Made by a program: the position numbers and the translations under genes
Source of the DNA: an uncultured Latescibacterota bacterium
GTDB lineage: Bacteria; Latescibacterota; UBA2968
Assembly: GCA_951812755.1 (NCBI GenBank)
Contig: OX638329.1
Coordinates: forward strand, 6,003,107-6,067,106
Direction of reading: 5' to 3'
DNA length: 64,000 nt
Part shown: in pieces, positions 9,371-17,988 of the stretch
How the letters are laid out: every line of letters starts with the position of its first letter
Numbering within the stretch: position 1 is the stretch's first letter
Notes under the pieces: model-generated
What the model was told of the DNA's origin: nothing
The model's input: only the letters and a program-made list of their open reading frames with translations
Databases searched by the model: none

Positions 9371-9451
9371 AACCGCCTTGCAACTGTCTGAGAGAGAAGA
9401 AATAACACAGACGGGATCAGGCTGGACCACCAAACTATTGAGGTATTGAAC
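9371..9451 (+). repeat. Orphan leader-proximal fragment (45 nt) plus a solitary degenerate CRISPR repeat (36 nt)
   Basis: 9371-9415 versus 17944-17988 has 4 mismatches in 45. 9416-9451 versus the consensus repeat has 8 substitutions and 1 deletion. Confidence 0.75.
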
Positions 9452-9482
9452 CTCAAGATCAAATCAATGTAAGGAGTAAATT

Positions 9483-10115
9483 ATGAGCCAAGAATTGACA
9501 GAAAGCAAAATTAGACAGACCCTGGACTGGGCTTATGATAAAGCCGTAAATGGGATAGCAGGTTCTAAGACAGCACAACAATTTGCAGAAGATTATCTTT
9601 CCAAGAATGGTTCTCTGCATGATCAGGCAAACTCTCTTATTAGATGGCAGACCACAAAAGCAGGAACGTCAGGATTTTTGACAGGTCTTGGTGGCCTTCT
9701 TCTGATGCCAGTAACTATTCCTGCTGATCTTGCAAGCGTATTATATATCCAAATCAGAATGATTGCCGCGATTGCATATATGGGCGGGCATGACTTAAAA
9801 AATGATAAGGTGCGATCATTAGTCTATGTCTGTCTTGTAGGAAATTCTGCAAGAGAGATAATCAAAGACCTGGGAATCGTGCTTGGAACCAAACTGACAA
9901 CGCAAGCAATCAGAAAAATCTCAGGAAAAACCATTATTGCAATCAACCAGAGAGTTGGATTTCGGCTACTGACAAAGTTTGGAGAGAAAGGTGTGGTTAA
10001 TTTGGGAAAAACTGTTCCACTTGCCGGTGGTGTTGTGGGAGCTATTGCTGATTCAGTGCCTACCAAAATAATTGGCAACGTAGCGAGAGACACCTTTATT
10101 GGATCGAAAGCATAG
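9483..10115 (+). CDS. EcsC-family protein
   Basis: AAGGAG RBS. TKAGTSGFLTGLGGLLLMPVTIPADL, IQIRMIAAIAYMGGHDL and GFRLLTKFGEKGVVNLGKTVPLAGGVVG match my recollection of the EcsC family pattern. Confidence 0.65.
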   Translation: MSQELTESKIRQTLDWAYDKAVNGIAGSKTAQQFAEDYLSKNGSLHDQANSLIRWQTTKAGTSGFLTGLGGLLLMPVTIPADLASVLYIQIRMIAAIAYMGGHDLKNDKVRSLVYVCLVGNSAREIIKDLGIVLGTKLTTQAIRKISGKTIIAINQRVGFRLLTKFGEKGVVNLGKTVPLAGGVVGAIADSVPTKIIGNVARDTFIGSKA

Positions 10116-10242
10116 CAGTCTATTTCAATAATTATGCGGGATTGTATCTACATTTACCTGTCATTATTTATTTGTCATTCCAATTCAGTTCCTAACCATT
10201 CCTAACTACTGACCTCTCGCCCTTATAGGTAGTATGCATGGG

Positions 10243-10272
10243 AATGATTTGCAAAGTAATGATTTGCAAAGT
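10243..10272 (+). promoter_or_regulatory. Perfect 15-bp tandem direct repeat (AATGATTTGCAAAGT x2), each with a TTTGCAAA palindrome. Candidate operator in front of csm1.
   Basis: Read directly from the sequence. It ends 22 nt before the csm1 ATG. Confidence 0.35.
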
Positions 10273-10293
10273 GTTGAAAGGAGAGCCAGCAAG

Positions 10294-12675
10294 ATGGCTG
10301 AACGAGATGCTTTAATTTTGGGTGCTCTGTTGCACGATATAGGGAAGTTTTGGCAGCGGTCAGGTATCCGCAGAAAGCATGAACACCTGGGAGCAGAATT
10401 TTTGGATTTGCCAGTGATTCGAAACAAGATCGAAACACTGGTTGACCTTCGAGATGTTCAAAACATCATTTCTGAACACCATGAATCGGGTGTATATGAT
10501 GTGCTGGTTCGCATAGCTCAGGTTGCTGACCGTCTTGCTTCTGGCGAACGCCGTGCCCTGGGAGAGGGCCAAACGCAGACGCCGTGGGAGGAGCCGTTGA
10601 AATCCGTTTTCGCACAGATTTACGACCAGGAAAAGGGACTTTCAAAAGCATCTTATCCCACGCAAAAGCTATCGCTAAATAGGGAAACCATCTTTCCACG
10701 CGAAAATGTGCGCCCGGATTACGACAGCCTTTGGCAAGAATTTTTGGATGAAGCAGAGCAACTGCCGAGTGGAGATTTTGAGATATTTTTTGAATCCCTT
10801 TTTTACCTCCTAAAAAAATATACATGGTGTGTACCCAGTGCAGCATACAGGGACCACGCGGATATTTCGCTGTTTGATCACAGCAAGGTGACAGCAGCCA
10901 TTGCGTGGTGTCTCTATGAGTTGCGCGATCGGTTAGAACCTGTGGAACAGTTTGTATCGAACCGCGGAGGAAACGGAACAGCACCAGTCGCACTTCTCGT
11001 TGGTGGCGATATTTCAGGCATTCAATCATTCATCTATTCGATTTCTTCAGATGGTGCCGCAAAGAGCCTGCGCGGACGCTCTGTCTTTCTCAATCTGCTG
11101 AGTGATGCAGTTATGGAATACGCAATACAACAGTTGGGAAATCCACCCATCTGCAACTTGCTCTACAGTAGTGGGGGCCATTTCTATTTTTTAACTTCTG
11201 TTGACCAGTTGGAAAACGTAAAGCGCGTTAAAAAAGAAATTTCAGAGTGCCTTTTTGACGCTTTTGGAACTGAAATTTATTGTGGACTTGAAGCCGTGAG
11301 CCTTGCAGCTATAGATTTCCAGCGCGAAGCGGGCAATCGGGAAGGCAAGCTCAATATTGGAGACCGATGGAAAGAATTGATGGAAAAACTCGGGATGTGT
11401 AAACGACAAAAATTTGGCGATCTGATGCCTGAGCGATTTGATGATTTCTTTGAGCCTGTGGGTAGCGGTAAGGTGGATGATGTTTGCACGGTTTGCCATG
11501 TTGAAATATCGCAAGCAACTCGACGCACAATAGCAGAACGTACAGAGGACGATTCAGTTGTATGTTCGCTTTGCCACAGTTTTGAGCGACTGGGAGATGA
11601 TGTAAGGAAAGCAAAGTATCTGATGACCCGTGATGTTTCGCCCCAGAAATTTCGGGTGATAACGTGGGGGCGTGCCCTTGAAGGATTAGGACGCCGTTAT
11701 CAGTTTTCGCCTGATTTGGAGTCGAATTGGGATCGTGCCTATACGCTGGACAATACGGAGTTTTTGTCGGTTGGCGCACAGGGATTTCGTTTTGTAGGCA
11801 ACGCCGCCCCTATTGACAAAAAAACCAGCCATGTACGGGACTTCAGCGACCTCGCTGACGCCTCAAAAGGGATTCCCCGCTGGGGTTTGTTGAGGATGGA
11901 TATTGATAACCTGGGCAAAATATTCAGTGAGGGACTGGGCAAGGATTTGTCTCTCTCACGTATCACAACCTTGAGTTCAATGGTCTCGTTGTTCTTTGAA
12001 GGGTATGTGAATACGCTCTGTAAAGATACCGACCCAGACCGATTGTATGTGATCTATACAGGAGGCGATGATTCATTCATCGTTGGATCGTGGGATGCCG
12101 CGCTTGATTTCGTACAGAAATTGCAAATGGATTTTCAAAATTACACCTGTGACAATCCAAAAGTAACGCTCTCGGCTGCTCTGACGCTTGAAGCCCGGAA
12201 ATATCCGCTCTATAAAGCCGCAGACCGTTGCGGTGAGTGGCTGGACCTGGCAAAAGATCAAAAAGATGATGTCCGAGGTCTTGAGAAATCCAGCTTTACA
12301 TTTCTCGGACAACCGATATTCTGGCATGATTTTGAGCCTATTGAACAGATGAAACATGTGATCGTCAATCTGGTGAGCGATGGCGGACGTAGCTTGCTTC
12401 AGCGACTCATGTCAGCCTACAAACTGTATGAAGAAAACAAGCAACACTTGTCATCCCAATCATTGAGCCGAGATAAGTTGAACCGGCTGGTTCAAAATGA
12501 TCGGTGGCGGTGGCAACTGGCTTACAGTCTGGCCAGAGAAGCAGAGAGGTCAAAGTCACAGCGAAAGGAGGGTTTAAAGCACCTCCAAACCATGATTTTT
12601 AATCAAAATTTCATCGAATTTCTACACATTGCGACCCGATGGTCCGAACTGGCAACACGAAAACAAGGAGAGTGA
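10294..12675 (+). CDS. csm1: Cas10/Csm1 with N-terminal HD domain (type III-A)
   Basis: RBS AAAGGAGAG. HD motifs LHDIGKF and SEHHE. LLVGGDISGIQSFIY, SSGGHFYFL, LLRMDIDNLGKIF, IYTGGDDSFIVGSWD. Confidence 0.92.
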   Translation: MAERDALILGALLHDIGKFWQRSGIRRKHEHLGAEFLDLPVIRNKIETLVDLRDVQNIISEHHESGVYDVLVRIAQVADRLASGERRALGEGQTQTPWEEPLKSVFAQIYDQEKGLSKASYPTQKLSLNRETIFPRENVRPDYDSLWQEFLDEAEQLPSGDFEIFFESLFYLLKKYTWCVPSAAYRDHADISLFDHSKVTAAIAWCLYELRDRLEPVEQFVSNRGGNGTAPVALLVGGDISGIQSFIYSISSDGAAKSLRGRSVFLNLLSDAVMEYAIQQLGNPPICNLLYSSGGHFYFLTSVDQLENVKRVKKEISECLFDAFGTEIYCGLEAVSLAAIDFQREAGNREGKLNIGDRWKELMEKLGMCKRQKFGDLMPERFDDFFEPVGSGKVDDVCTVCHVEISQATRRTIAERTEDDSVVCSLCHSFERLGDDVRKAKYLMTRDVSPQKFRVITWGRALEGLGRRYQFSPDLESNWDRAYTLDNTEFLSVGAQGFRFVGNAAPIDKKTSHVRDFSDLADASKGIPRWGLLRMDIDNLGKIFSEGLGKDLSLSRITTLSSMVSLFFEGYVNTLCKDTDPDRLYVIYTGGDDSFIVGSWDAALDFVQKLQMDFQNYTCDNPKVTLSAALTLEARKYPLYKAADRCGEWLDLAKDQKDDVRGLEKSSFTFLGQPIFWHDFEPIEQMKHVIVNLVSDGGRSLLQRLMSAYKLYEENKQHLSSQSLSRDKLNRLVQNDRWRWQLAYSLAREAERSKSQRKEGLKHLQTMIFNQNFIEFLHIATRWSELATRKQGE

Positions 12676-12678
12676 GAT

Positions 12679-13137
12679 ATGGCAATGCACTGGAGGGATA
12701 TTGTGTCTGAGGATAGACAAAGAGGAAGAAAGAATTATTCACTAAACAAAAAAGGTGCGGAGCTGATTTCAAGCGTTATCAAACAAAAAGACCAGACAGA
12801 TAAACTGGTAGATATTGCAGAAACACTAGGCCGGTTTTTAGCGGAAGGTTATAACGAGGCAATTACAACATCCCAAATCCGAAATGTTTTTGGCGAAGTT
12901 CGAAAGACCGAGATGGAATGGAAACGGGACTCTGAAGCAAGTTGGGTACGCTTACAACTTCTGCGTCCTAAACTGGCATATACAGCAAAAAAAGATAATA
13001 AAGCTCGAGCGATTATTTTTCGAGACGTGCTTTCTACTGCTATACTCAATGTTGAGGGCAACTCCGAAAATTTTCAACGATTTGTCAATCTTTTTGAAGC
13101 AATTCTCGCTTACCATCGCGCATCCGGTGGAAGATAA
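12679..13137 (+). CDS. csm2: Csm2 (Cas11 small subunit)
   Basis: 152-aa helical protein with TTSQIRNVFGEV, positioned between csm1 and csm3. Confidence 0.8.
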   Translation: MAMHWRDIVSEDRQRGRKNYSLNKKGAELISSVIKQKDQTDKLVDIAETLGRFLAEGYNEAITTSQIRNVFGEVRKTEMEWKRDSEASWVRLQLLRPKLAYTAKKDNKARAIIFRDVLSTAILNVEGNSENFQRFVNLFEAILAYHRASGGR

Positions 13138-13158
13138 AAAACGAATAGGAGCAATACT

Positions 13159-13992
13159 ATGAACACATTGGATTTTTTTCAGAATTGGCAAGGCAAAGTG
13201 ATGATTTCAGGTTGTTTGGAAGCAGTCACGGGCCTCCACATTGGAGGATCGGAGACGGGTATCGAAATCGGTGGTGTGGATAATATCATTATTCGACAAC
13301 AGTCAGATGGTCGCCCCTATATTCCGGGCAGTTCGCTCAAGGGAAAGATGAGAAGCCTGACTGAACGGGCGCACAATAAGAGGCTTATTGAAGTAGTGCG
13401 TGGACGCAACCCTATTCGGCAGCATCAATGCGATGATAACGAACCTGAAGTCTGCGAGGTCTGCAAAGTATTTGGCTTGCCGGGACAACGGAGGAACAGC
13501 CAGCCCACTCGATTAATCGTGCGAGATGGCAAGCTACTGGACGAGTTATATGTTACAGAGCCAAACGGTAAACGAAATCTTCGAAACTGGGATGATTCCA
13601 ATGTGGATACAGACATGCCGTTCTCCGAGGTAAAAAACGAGGTTGCCATTGATCGGATTACGTCAGCCGCAATGCCGCGTCCGGTTGAGCGCGTGCCCGC
13701 AGGTGCTCGGTTCAGTTATGACATGGTATTCGATATTTTTGAAGATGCGGACAAAGATCATTTGGGCCTTGTCTTTGAAAGTATGCGCCTACTGGAAAAC
13801 GACTACCTCGGTGGATATGGTTCGCGCGGTTCGGGACAAATTCGTTTTGAGTCCGTCAAAATCACCTGGCGATCTAAAACCGATTATCGGTCAGGTGGTA
13901 GTGGCACAGTGGTTGGCGATAATCTGGATTTGAGTGAAATAGCAGAAAAATTTGAAACAGAGATCAAGACCAAACTGAACGGAGTGGCGTGA
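13159..13992 (+). CDS. csm3: Csm3 (Cas7)
   Basis: LHIGGS, YIPGSSLKGKMRS, CEVCKVFG, AIDRITSAA, GGYGSRGSGQIRF. Confidence 0.9.
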   Translation: MNTLDFFQNWQGKVMISGCLEAVTGLHIGGSETGIEIGGVDNIIIRQQSDGRPYIPGSSLKGKMRSLTERAHNKRLIEVVRGRNPIRQHQCDDNEPEVCEVCKVFGLPGQRRNSQPTRLIVRDGKLLDELYVTEPNGKRNLRNWDDSNVDTDMPFSEVKNEVAIDRITSAAMPRPVERVPAGARFSYDMVFDIFEDADKDHLGLVFESMRLLENDYLGGYGSRGSGQIRFESVKITWRSKTDYRSGGSGTVVGDNLDLSEIAEKFETEIKTKLNGVA

Positions 13993-15014
13993 TGGATGTA
14001 TCTTATCTGCTGGTACGCCTTCAACCGCTCGCGCCGTTTCATCTTGGGAAACGGGGCATCGGTTTGGAGGAGACAGAGACATTTGTGCATGCAGATACCC
14101 TGTTTAGCGCGCTGTGCAATGTCTGGGTGCGCTGTTTTGGTCGAGACGATCTTGAGAATCGGTTCTTGCCATCGGTAGAAACCAGTGAAAATGGCTCACT
14201 TTTCCAAATTTCATCAGCGTACCCCTATGCCAATGATGTGCTATTTTTTCCCAAACCGCTTTCGCCTTTGCCTGTGCAAAATGTCGATTCCAAAAAACTC
14301 AAGCACTGCCGGTTTATTTCAGAACAGATTTTCAGGGATCTAATTCATGGACGCGAAATTGTCCCGGCTTCGCAGGATAGGATATTCTGGTTATCGCAAG
14401 CAGAGCAAGATACGCACGCACAATTTGACGATCAGTTTCATATCTGGCAGGAAACAGAAGTCCCTCGTGTATCACTGGATCGCGTAACGCAGGCGTCTAA
14501 CATCTTTTATTTTAGCCAAGTGACATTCGCAGAGGGATGTGGTCTATTTTTTTTGGTGAATCTGGATGCATCTTTGAGACCCGATTTTGAGATGGCTATT
14601 CGCGTCCTTGGTGATACAGGCATTGGTGGAGACCGCACGGCAGGATACGGTCAATTTGAACCCCAATTCTCGAAATTCACGCTGAATATCCCTGATAACG
14701 CTTCTCAAGCCGTAACCTTATCGCTTTTGTCTCCTCGAAACCGGGCGGAACTCTCAAATTATCTCGGAGAACAGAGTGCGTACGAACTGATTCGGCGCGA
14801 TGGATGGATTGATTCTCCAGATGGGCGGAACTACAGGCGGCGTGCCTGCCTGATGTTTGCGGAAGGTAGTGTGATAAACCGATCTGAAAATGGCATGATG
14901 GGACGGCTTGTGGATGTGACGCCAACGGCTCCTGAAGTACAGTTGACACACTCGGTTTATAGATACGGCATTGGATTCCCCGTACCGATTTGCCTGCGAG
15001 AGGAAGGTGTTTGA
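13992..15014 (+). CDS. csm4: Csm4 (Cas5-family RAMP)
   Basis: TGATG overlap with csm3. LAPFHLGKRG ... HADTLFSALCNVW N-terminus. GIGGDRTAGYGQF G-rich loop. Confidence 0.85.
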   Translation: MDVSYLLVRLQPLAPFHLGKRGIGLEETETFVHADTLFSALCNVWVRCFGRDDLENRFLPSVETSENGSLFQISSAYPYANDVLFFPKPLSPLPVQNVDSKKLKHCRFISEQIFRDLIHGREIVPASQDRIFWLSQAEQDTHAQFDDQFHIWQETEVPRVSLDRVTQASNIFYFSQVTFAEGCGLFFLVNLDASLRPDFEMAIRVLGDTGIGGDRTAGYGQFEPQFSKFTLNIPDNASQAVTLSLLSPRNRAELSNYLGEQSAYELIRRDGWIDSPDGRNYRRRACLMFAEGSVINRSENGMMGRLVDVTPTAPEVQLTHSVYRYGIGFPVPICLREEGV

Positions 15015-15015
15015 T

Positions 15016-16305
15016 ATGGCTAATGCAGTAAAAAAATACCGCGTAAAAGTTCTGACACCTGTTCATATCGGCACTGGAGAAGAACTACAAGAAAACCTGG
15101 ATTTTTACGTCAAGAATAATCGAGTTCGCGTACTGGATTTTGACCGTTTGATAGTGGCGTGTGAACAGGCTGGTATTGATCCAATGCCTTATGTTGAAGA
15201 AGGTCGTCTGGATAATTTGTTCAATTCCAGCGCAGTGTCGCAACCCAAACCAGATATTGATCCTCGCTGGGCCAAGCTGGCTGCTTTGCAAACCGGGAAT
15301 CAAGCCCAGGCGCAATTAGAGATAGATGACGGACTTGCTTATCAAGCACAGATTCAGGCCGTAAATAGACCGCAGACTATTTTGTCTCAGATCAAAACGG
15401 CCTCATCGCTGGGGTATATCCCGGGAAGTTCGGTTAAAGGAGCAATACGAACTATTTTGGCACGCCATTTGATGAACGACGACGCTGTGCGGTCTCAAGT
15501 GGCAAGGCAACTCCGTGACCAGGGTCCCAGAGCATGGCAGCGACGAGCAGGGCAAGATATGGAAAAGAAATTATTTGGTCGCAATCCCAATTATGATCTC
15601 GGTCGAGTAATTCAGGTGACAGATGTGGGTCCCGGTGCGCGTGTTCAGGTGACAGAAGTACTGATCGCTGACATGGATCGAAACGAACGACTTCGCTGGA
15701 AAAACCTGAGCAATCATCGCATTGTGAGCGACCCGAGACAAGGTACTTCAATTTTTTGCGAATGCCTGCCTGTGGGCATGGAACTTCTTACAGAGATTCG
15801 GATTGATCAGTGGTTGCTGGAACATCGAGCACTTGGATTTAATACCCATCGCGACCTGATATTGCAGTTCGAATCCCTATGCCGCGCCCAGGCCAAATCA
15901 CATCTGGAAAGAGAAACTATGTTTTTCCGAAAAGGGGGCATGAATGACCTGTCTTCTTTCTGCGAAAAGCAATTGCTGCCTCTAACAGAAACAGATTCAG
16001 GGTTCATACTTCGCGTGGGATGGGGCACAGGATGGGAAGACAAAACAGCCGGGGATAATCTGGATACTTCTCTAAAAGAAAATTTGCGACGCTGGTATGA
16101 GTTGGGTAAAATGGTGCATAAGGGATGTAATGGAGATGTAAACAGGTGGAGGGGCAGTTATTCATGCAGGCGATGTCGAAAAAACAAACTTACAGTATCT
16201 CAAATTGACCTGATCTCTCCATTTCCAAAAACGCGGAAAATTGCATTTGCAAACCAAAAGCCAGCCTACCCAATGGGATGGTTGGCTTTTGAAGCCATTT
16301 CTTAG
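15016..16305 (+). CDS. csm5: Csm5 (Cas7-like RAMP)
   Basis: LTPVHIGTGEEL, YIPGSSVKGAIRT, VGWGTGWEDKT. Position after csm4. Confidence 0.8.
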   Translation: MANAVKKYRVKVLTPVHIGTGEELQENLDFYVKNNRVRVLDFDRLIVACEQAGIDPMPYVEEGRLDNLFNSSAVSQPKPDIDPRWAKLAALQTGNQAQAQLEIDDGLAYQAQIQAVNRPQTILSQIKTASSLGYIPGSSVKGAIRTILARHLMNDDAVRSQVARQLRDQGPRAWQRRAGQDMEKKLFGRNPNYDLGRVIQVTDVGPGARVQVTEVLIADMDRNERLRWKNLSNHRIVSDPRQGTSIFCECLPVGMELLTEIRIDQWLLEHRALGFNTHRDLILQFESLCRAQAKSHLERETMFFRKGGMNDLSSFCEKQLLPLTETDSGFILRVGWGTGWEDKTAGDNLDTSLKENLRRWYELGKMVHKGCNGDVNRWRGSYSCRRCRKNKLTVSQIDLISPFPKTRKIAFANQKPAYPMGWLAFEAIS

Positions 16306-16337
16306 CTCAAAGTAGTTTATACAAGGACTGACACTTT

Positions 16338-16406
16338 ATGGCACATTTACTTATCACCACCGTTGGCATGTCTCTGCTGCCAAGTCCAAAGCGTTCTTAT
16401 AGGTGA
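16338..16406 (+). pseudogene. 22-codon remnant resembling a CARF-protein N-terminus
   Basis: MAHLLITTVGMSLLPS... with an AAGGA RBS. It parallels HTLLCTVGTSLLYP of the intact CARF gene 42 nt downstream, in another frame. Confidence 0.3.
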
Positions 16407-16447
16407 AATTTTCTATCCCAGTATTTTCAAGTGAAAGAGATTATCTT

Positions 16448-17575
16448 ATGCCTAAGCCTCACACACTTCTCTGCACTGTAGGAACCAGTCTGTTATATCC
16501 CAACTTATCTGGTCTCGTGCAGGCACCGCAGTCTGATCCAATTCAGGCGGCTTTGGCCGATGCTTTTTCCAAAAAGAATTGGTCAGAGGTAGCGATACAG
16601 CTACAAAAACTTGCGCCAACGGAGCGGCTTTGCGGTGCAGAGATCAACTCTGTAACAGACCTCCTCAAGCAGGGATTTATTGAACAAGTCCATCTCCATC
16701 TGCTCCATTCTGATACAGATGATGGACAGGTAATCGCGGAAATTTTGCAATTCTATTTTAAAGAGGATGGTTGGCAAGTAACGACCCATTGCGTGGAGGG
16801 CTTGCGCGACGATGACCCTCGCGCTTTCCGCACGCATGGCTTACGCAATCTGGCAAAAATCTTTGGAGAACGGGTGCGTGAAACTGGGACAGACTTTTGC
16901 GCGATTAACGCCACAGGCGGCTATAAAGCCCAGATCGCCATTGCCGTTCTGATGGGTCAAGCACTCGACATTCCAGTGTATTACAAGCATGAACGCTTTG
17001 ATGCCATTATCCCGTTTCCGCCTATGCCTGTGGCACTCGATTTTTCGATCTGGCAGCGGGCCAGCGGCATGTTTATGGTCCTCAGCAAGGAGGGTATTGT
17101 TCCCTGGGAGCAGTATCGTGAAGAATGGGATGAACGCTTTGAGACACTGGTCAACCGCGAGGAAATCGACGGCGAGGACTATCTGGAACTCTCCGCGACG
17201 GGTCAGATATTTCACGAGACCTTCCGAACCCGTTTTCAGCAGATAAAGGCTACCAGCCTACCGAGACCAGCAACAAAGAATGAGAAGCACGCACCCAATT
17301 TGGGCAACCATGGATACGGACAAGCGCGCACCCCCATTTTGCGGTTCCTGCAAAAACTCACAGATGAGATGCCTTACGTCCGATTTTGCCACTCAACGTA
17401 TTGGAACCCGGACCTGCCTGAATCGTCTCGGTTTCGGTCATCGGGCGAAGAAATCCAGGGCATATACTCCAACGGAACCTGGTGCGTGAAATTTAAGGTG
17501 CATACAACAACAGATGACCAGGATGTATTACCCGGCATTGTGGCTGATCTCAATGACTGGATAGAGGAAGTCTAA
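16448..17575 (+). CDS. CARF-domain protein (APE2256/Csm6-type CARF) with an unassigned C-terminal domain
   Basis: LLCTVGTSLL, CGAEINS, LLHSDTDDG, INATGGYKAQIAIAV. The last 150 aa or so have no clear Rx4-6H HEPN motif. Confidence 0.75.
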   Translation: MPKPHTLLCTVGTSLLYPNLSGLVQAPQSDPIQAALADAFSKKNWSEVAIQLQKLAPTERLCGAEINSVTDLLKQGFIEQVHLHLLHSDTDDGQVIAEILQFYFKEDGWQVTTHCVEGLRDDDPRAFRTHGLRNLAKIFGERVRETGTDFCAINATGGYKAQIAIAVLMGQALDIPVYYKHERFDAIIPFPPMPVALDFSIWQRASGMFMVLSKEGIVPWEQYREEWDERFETLVNREEIDGEDYLELSATGQIFHETFRTRFQQIKATSLPRPATKNEKHAPNLGNHGYGQARTPILRFLQKLTDEMPYVRFCHSTYWNPDLPESSRFRSSGEEIQGIYSNGTWCVKFKVHTTTDDQDVLPGIVADLNDWIEEV

Positions 17576-17684
17576 AAGAGAGTTCGCATGCGTCTGGCCT
17601 CTCTTGCCGGCCAACAGTCTCCCTACCGCCGGCGCGATCAAGAAACGTCTAAAAGAGAGTTCGCATGCGTCTGGCCTCTCTTGC
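17570..17684 (+). repeat. Two identical 38-nt direct repeats separated by 39 nt (77-nt period), each with an AAGAGAG/CTCTCTT stem
   Basis: GTCTAAAAGAGAGTTCGCATGCGTCTGGCCTCTCTTGC at 17570-17607 and 17647-17684. The first copy overlaps the CARF gene stop codon. Confidence 0.7.
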
Positions 17685-17988
17685 TTCAATGCAAAATAAG
17701 CACCTGTTTGGCAGGTTGCAGACTAATTCAAGCCAATAGATGCGACCCAGATGCATCTCTCAATGTCACACTGGCAGCTTGAGCGTGTAGCGAACAACGC
17801 GCGTGAGGATTAGAGGCATTTCCTCATGTTCTGGTGGGTCGCAAATTTCTAACTTTTTGCAGGAGTGTGTATTATGAACAGAGAATTGAATGCAGTTTTT
17901 CATTTTTGGGAGGATTTTGAGTGTCAAAATGGCCTGAGTCGCAAACCGCCTTGTAACTGTCTGCGAGAGAGGAAATAACACAGACGGT
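17685..17988 (+). promoter_or_regulatory. CRISPR leader. Candidate promoter TTCTAA-17 nt-TATTAT at 17847-17875.
   Basis: Non-coding stretch upstream of repeat 1. Orientation is set by the ATTGAAAC repeat 3' end and by the degenerate terminal repeat at the far end. The promoter is a weak motif match only. Confidence 0.45.

Noticed and set aside
10466-11029. 187-aa minus-strand ORF
   Set aside because: It lies inside csm1 on the opposite strand, with no support.
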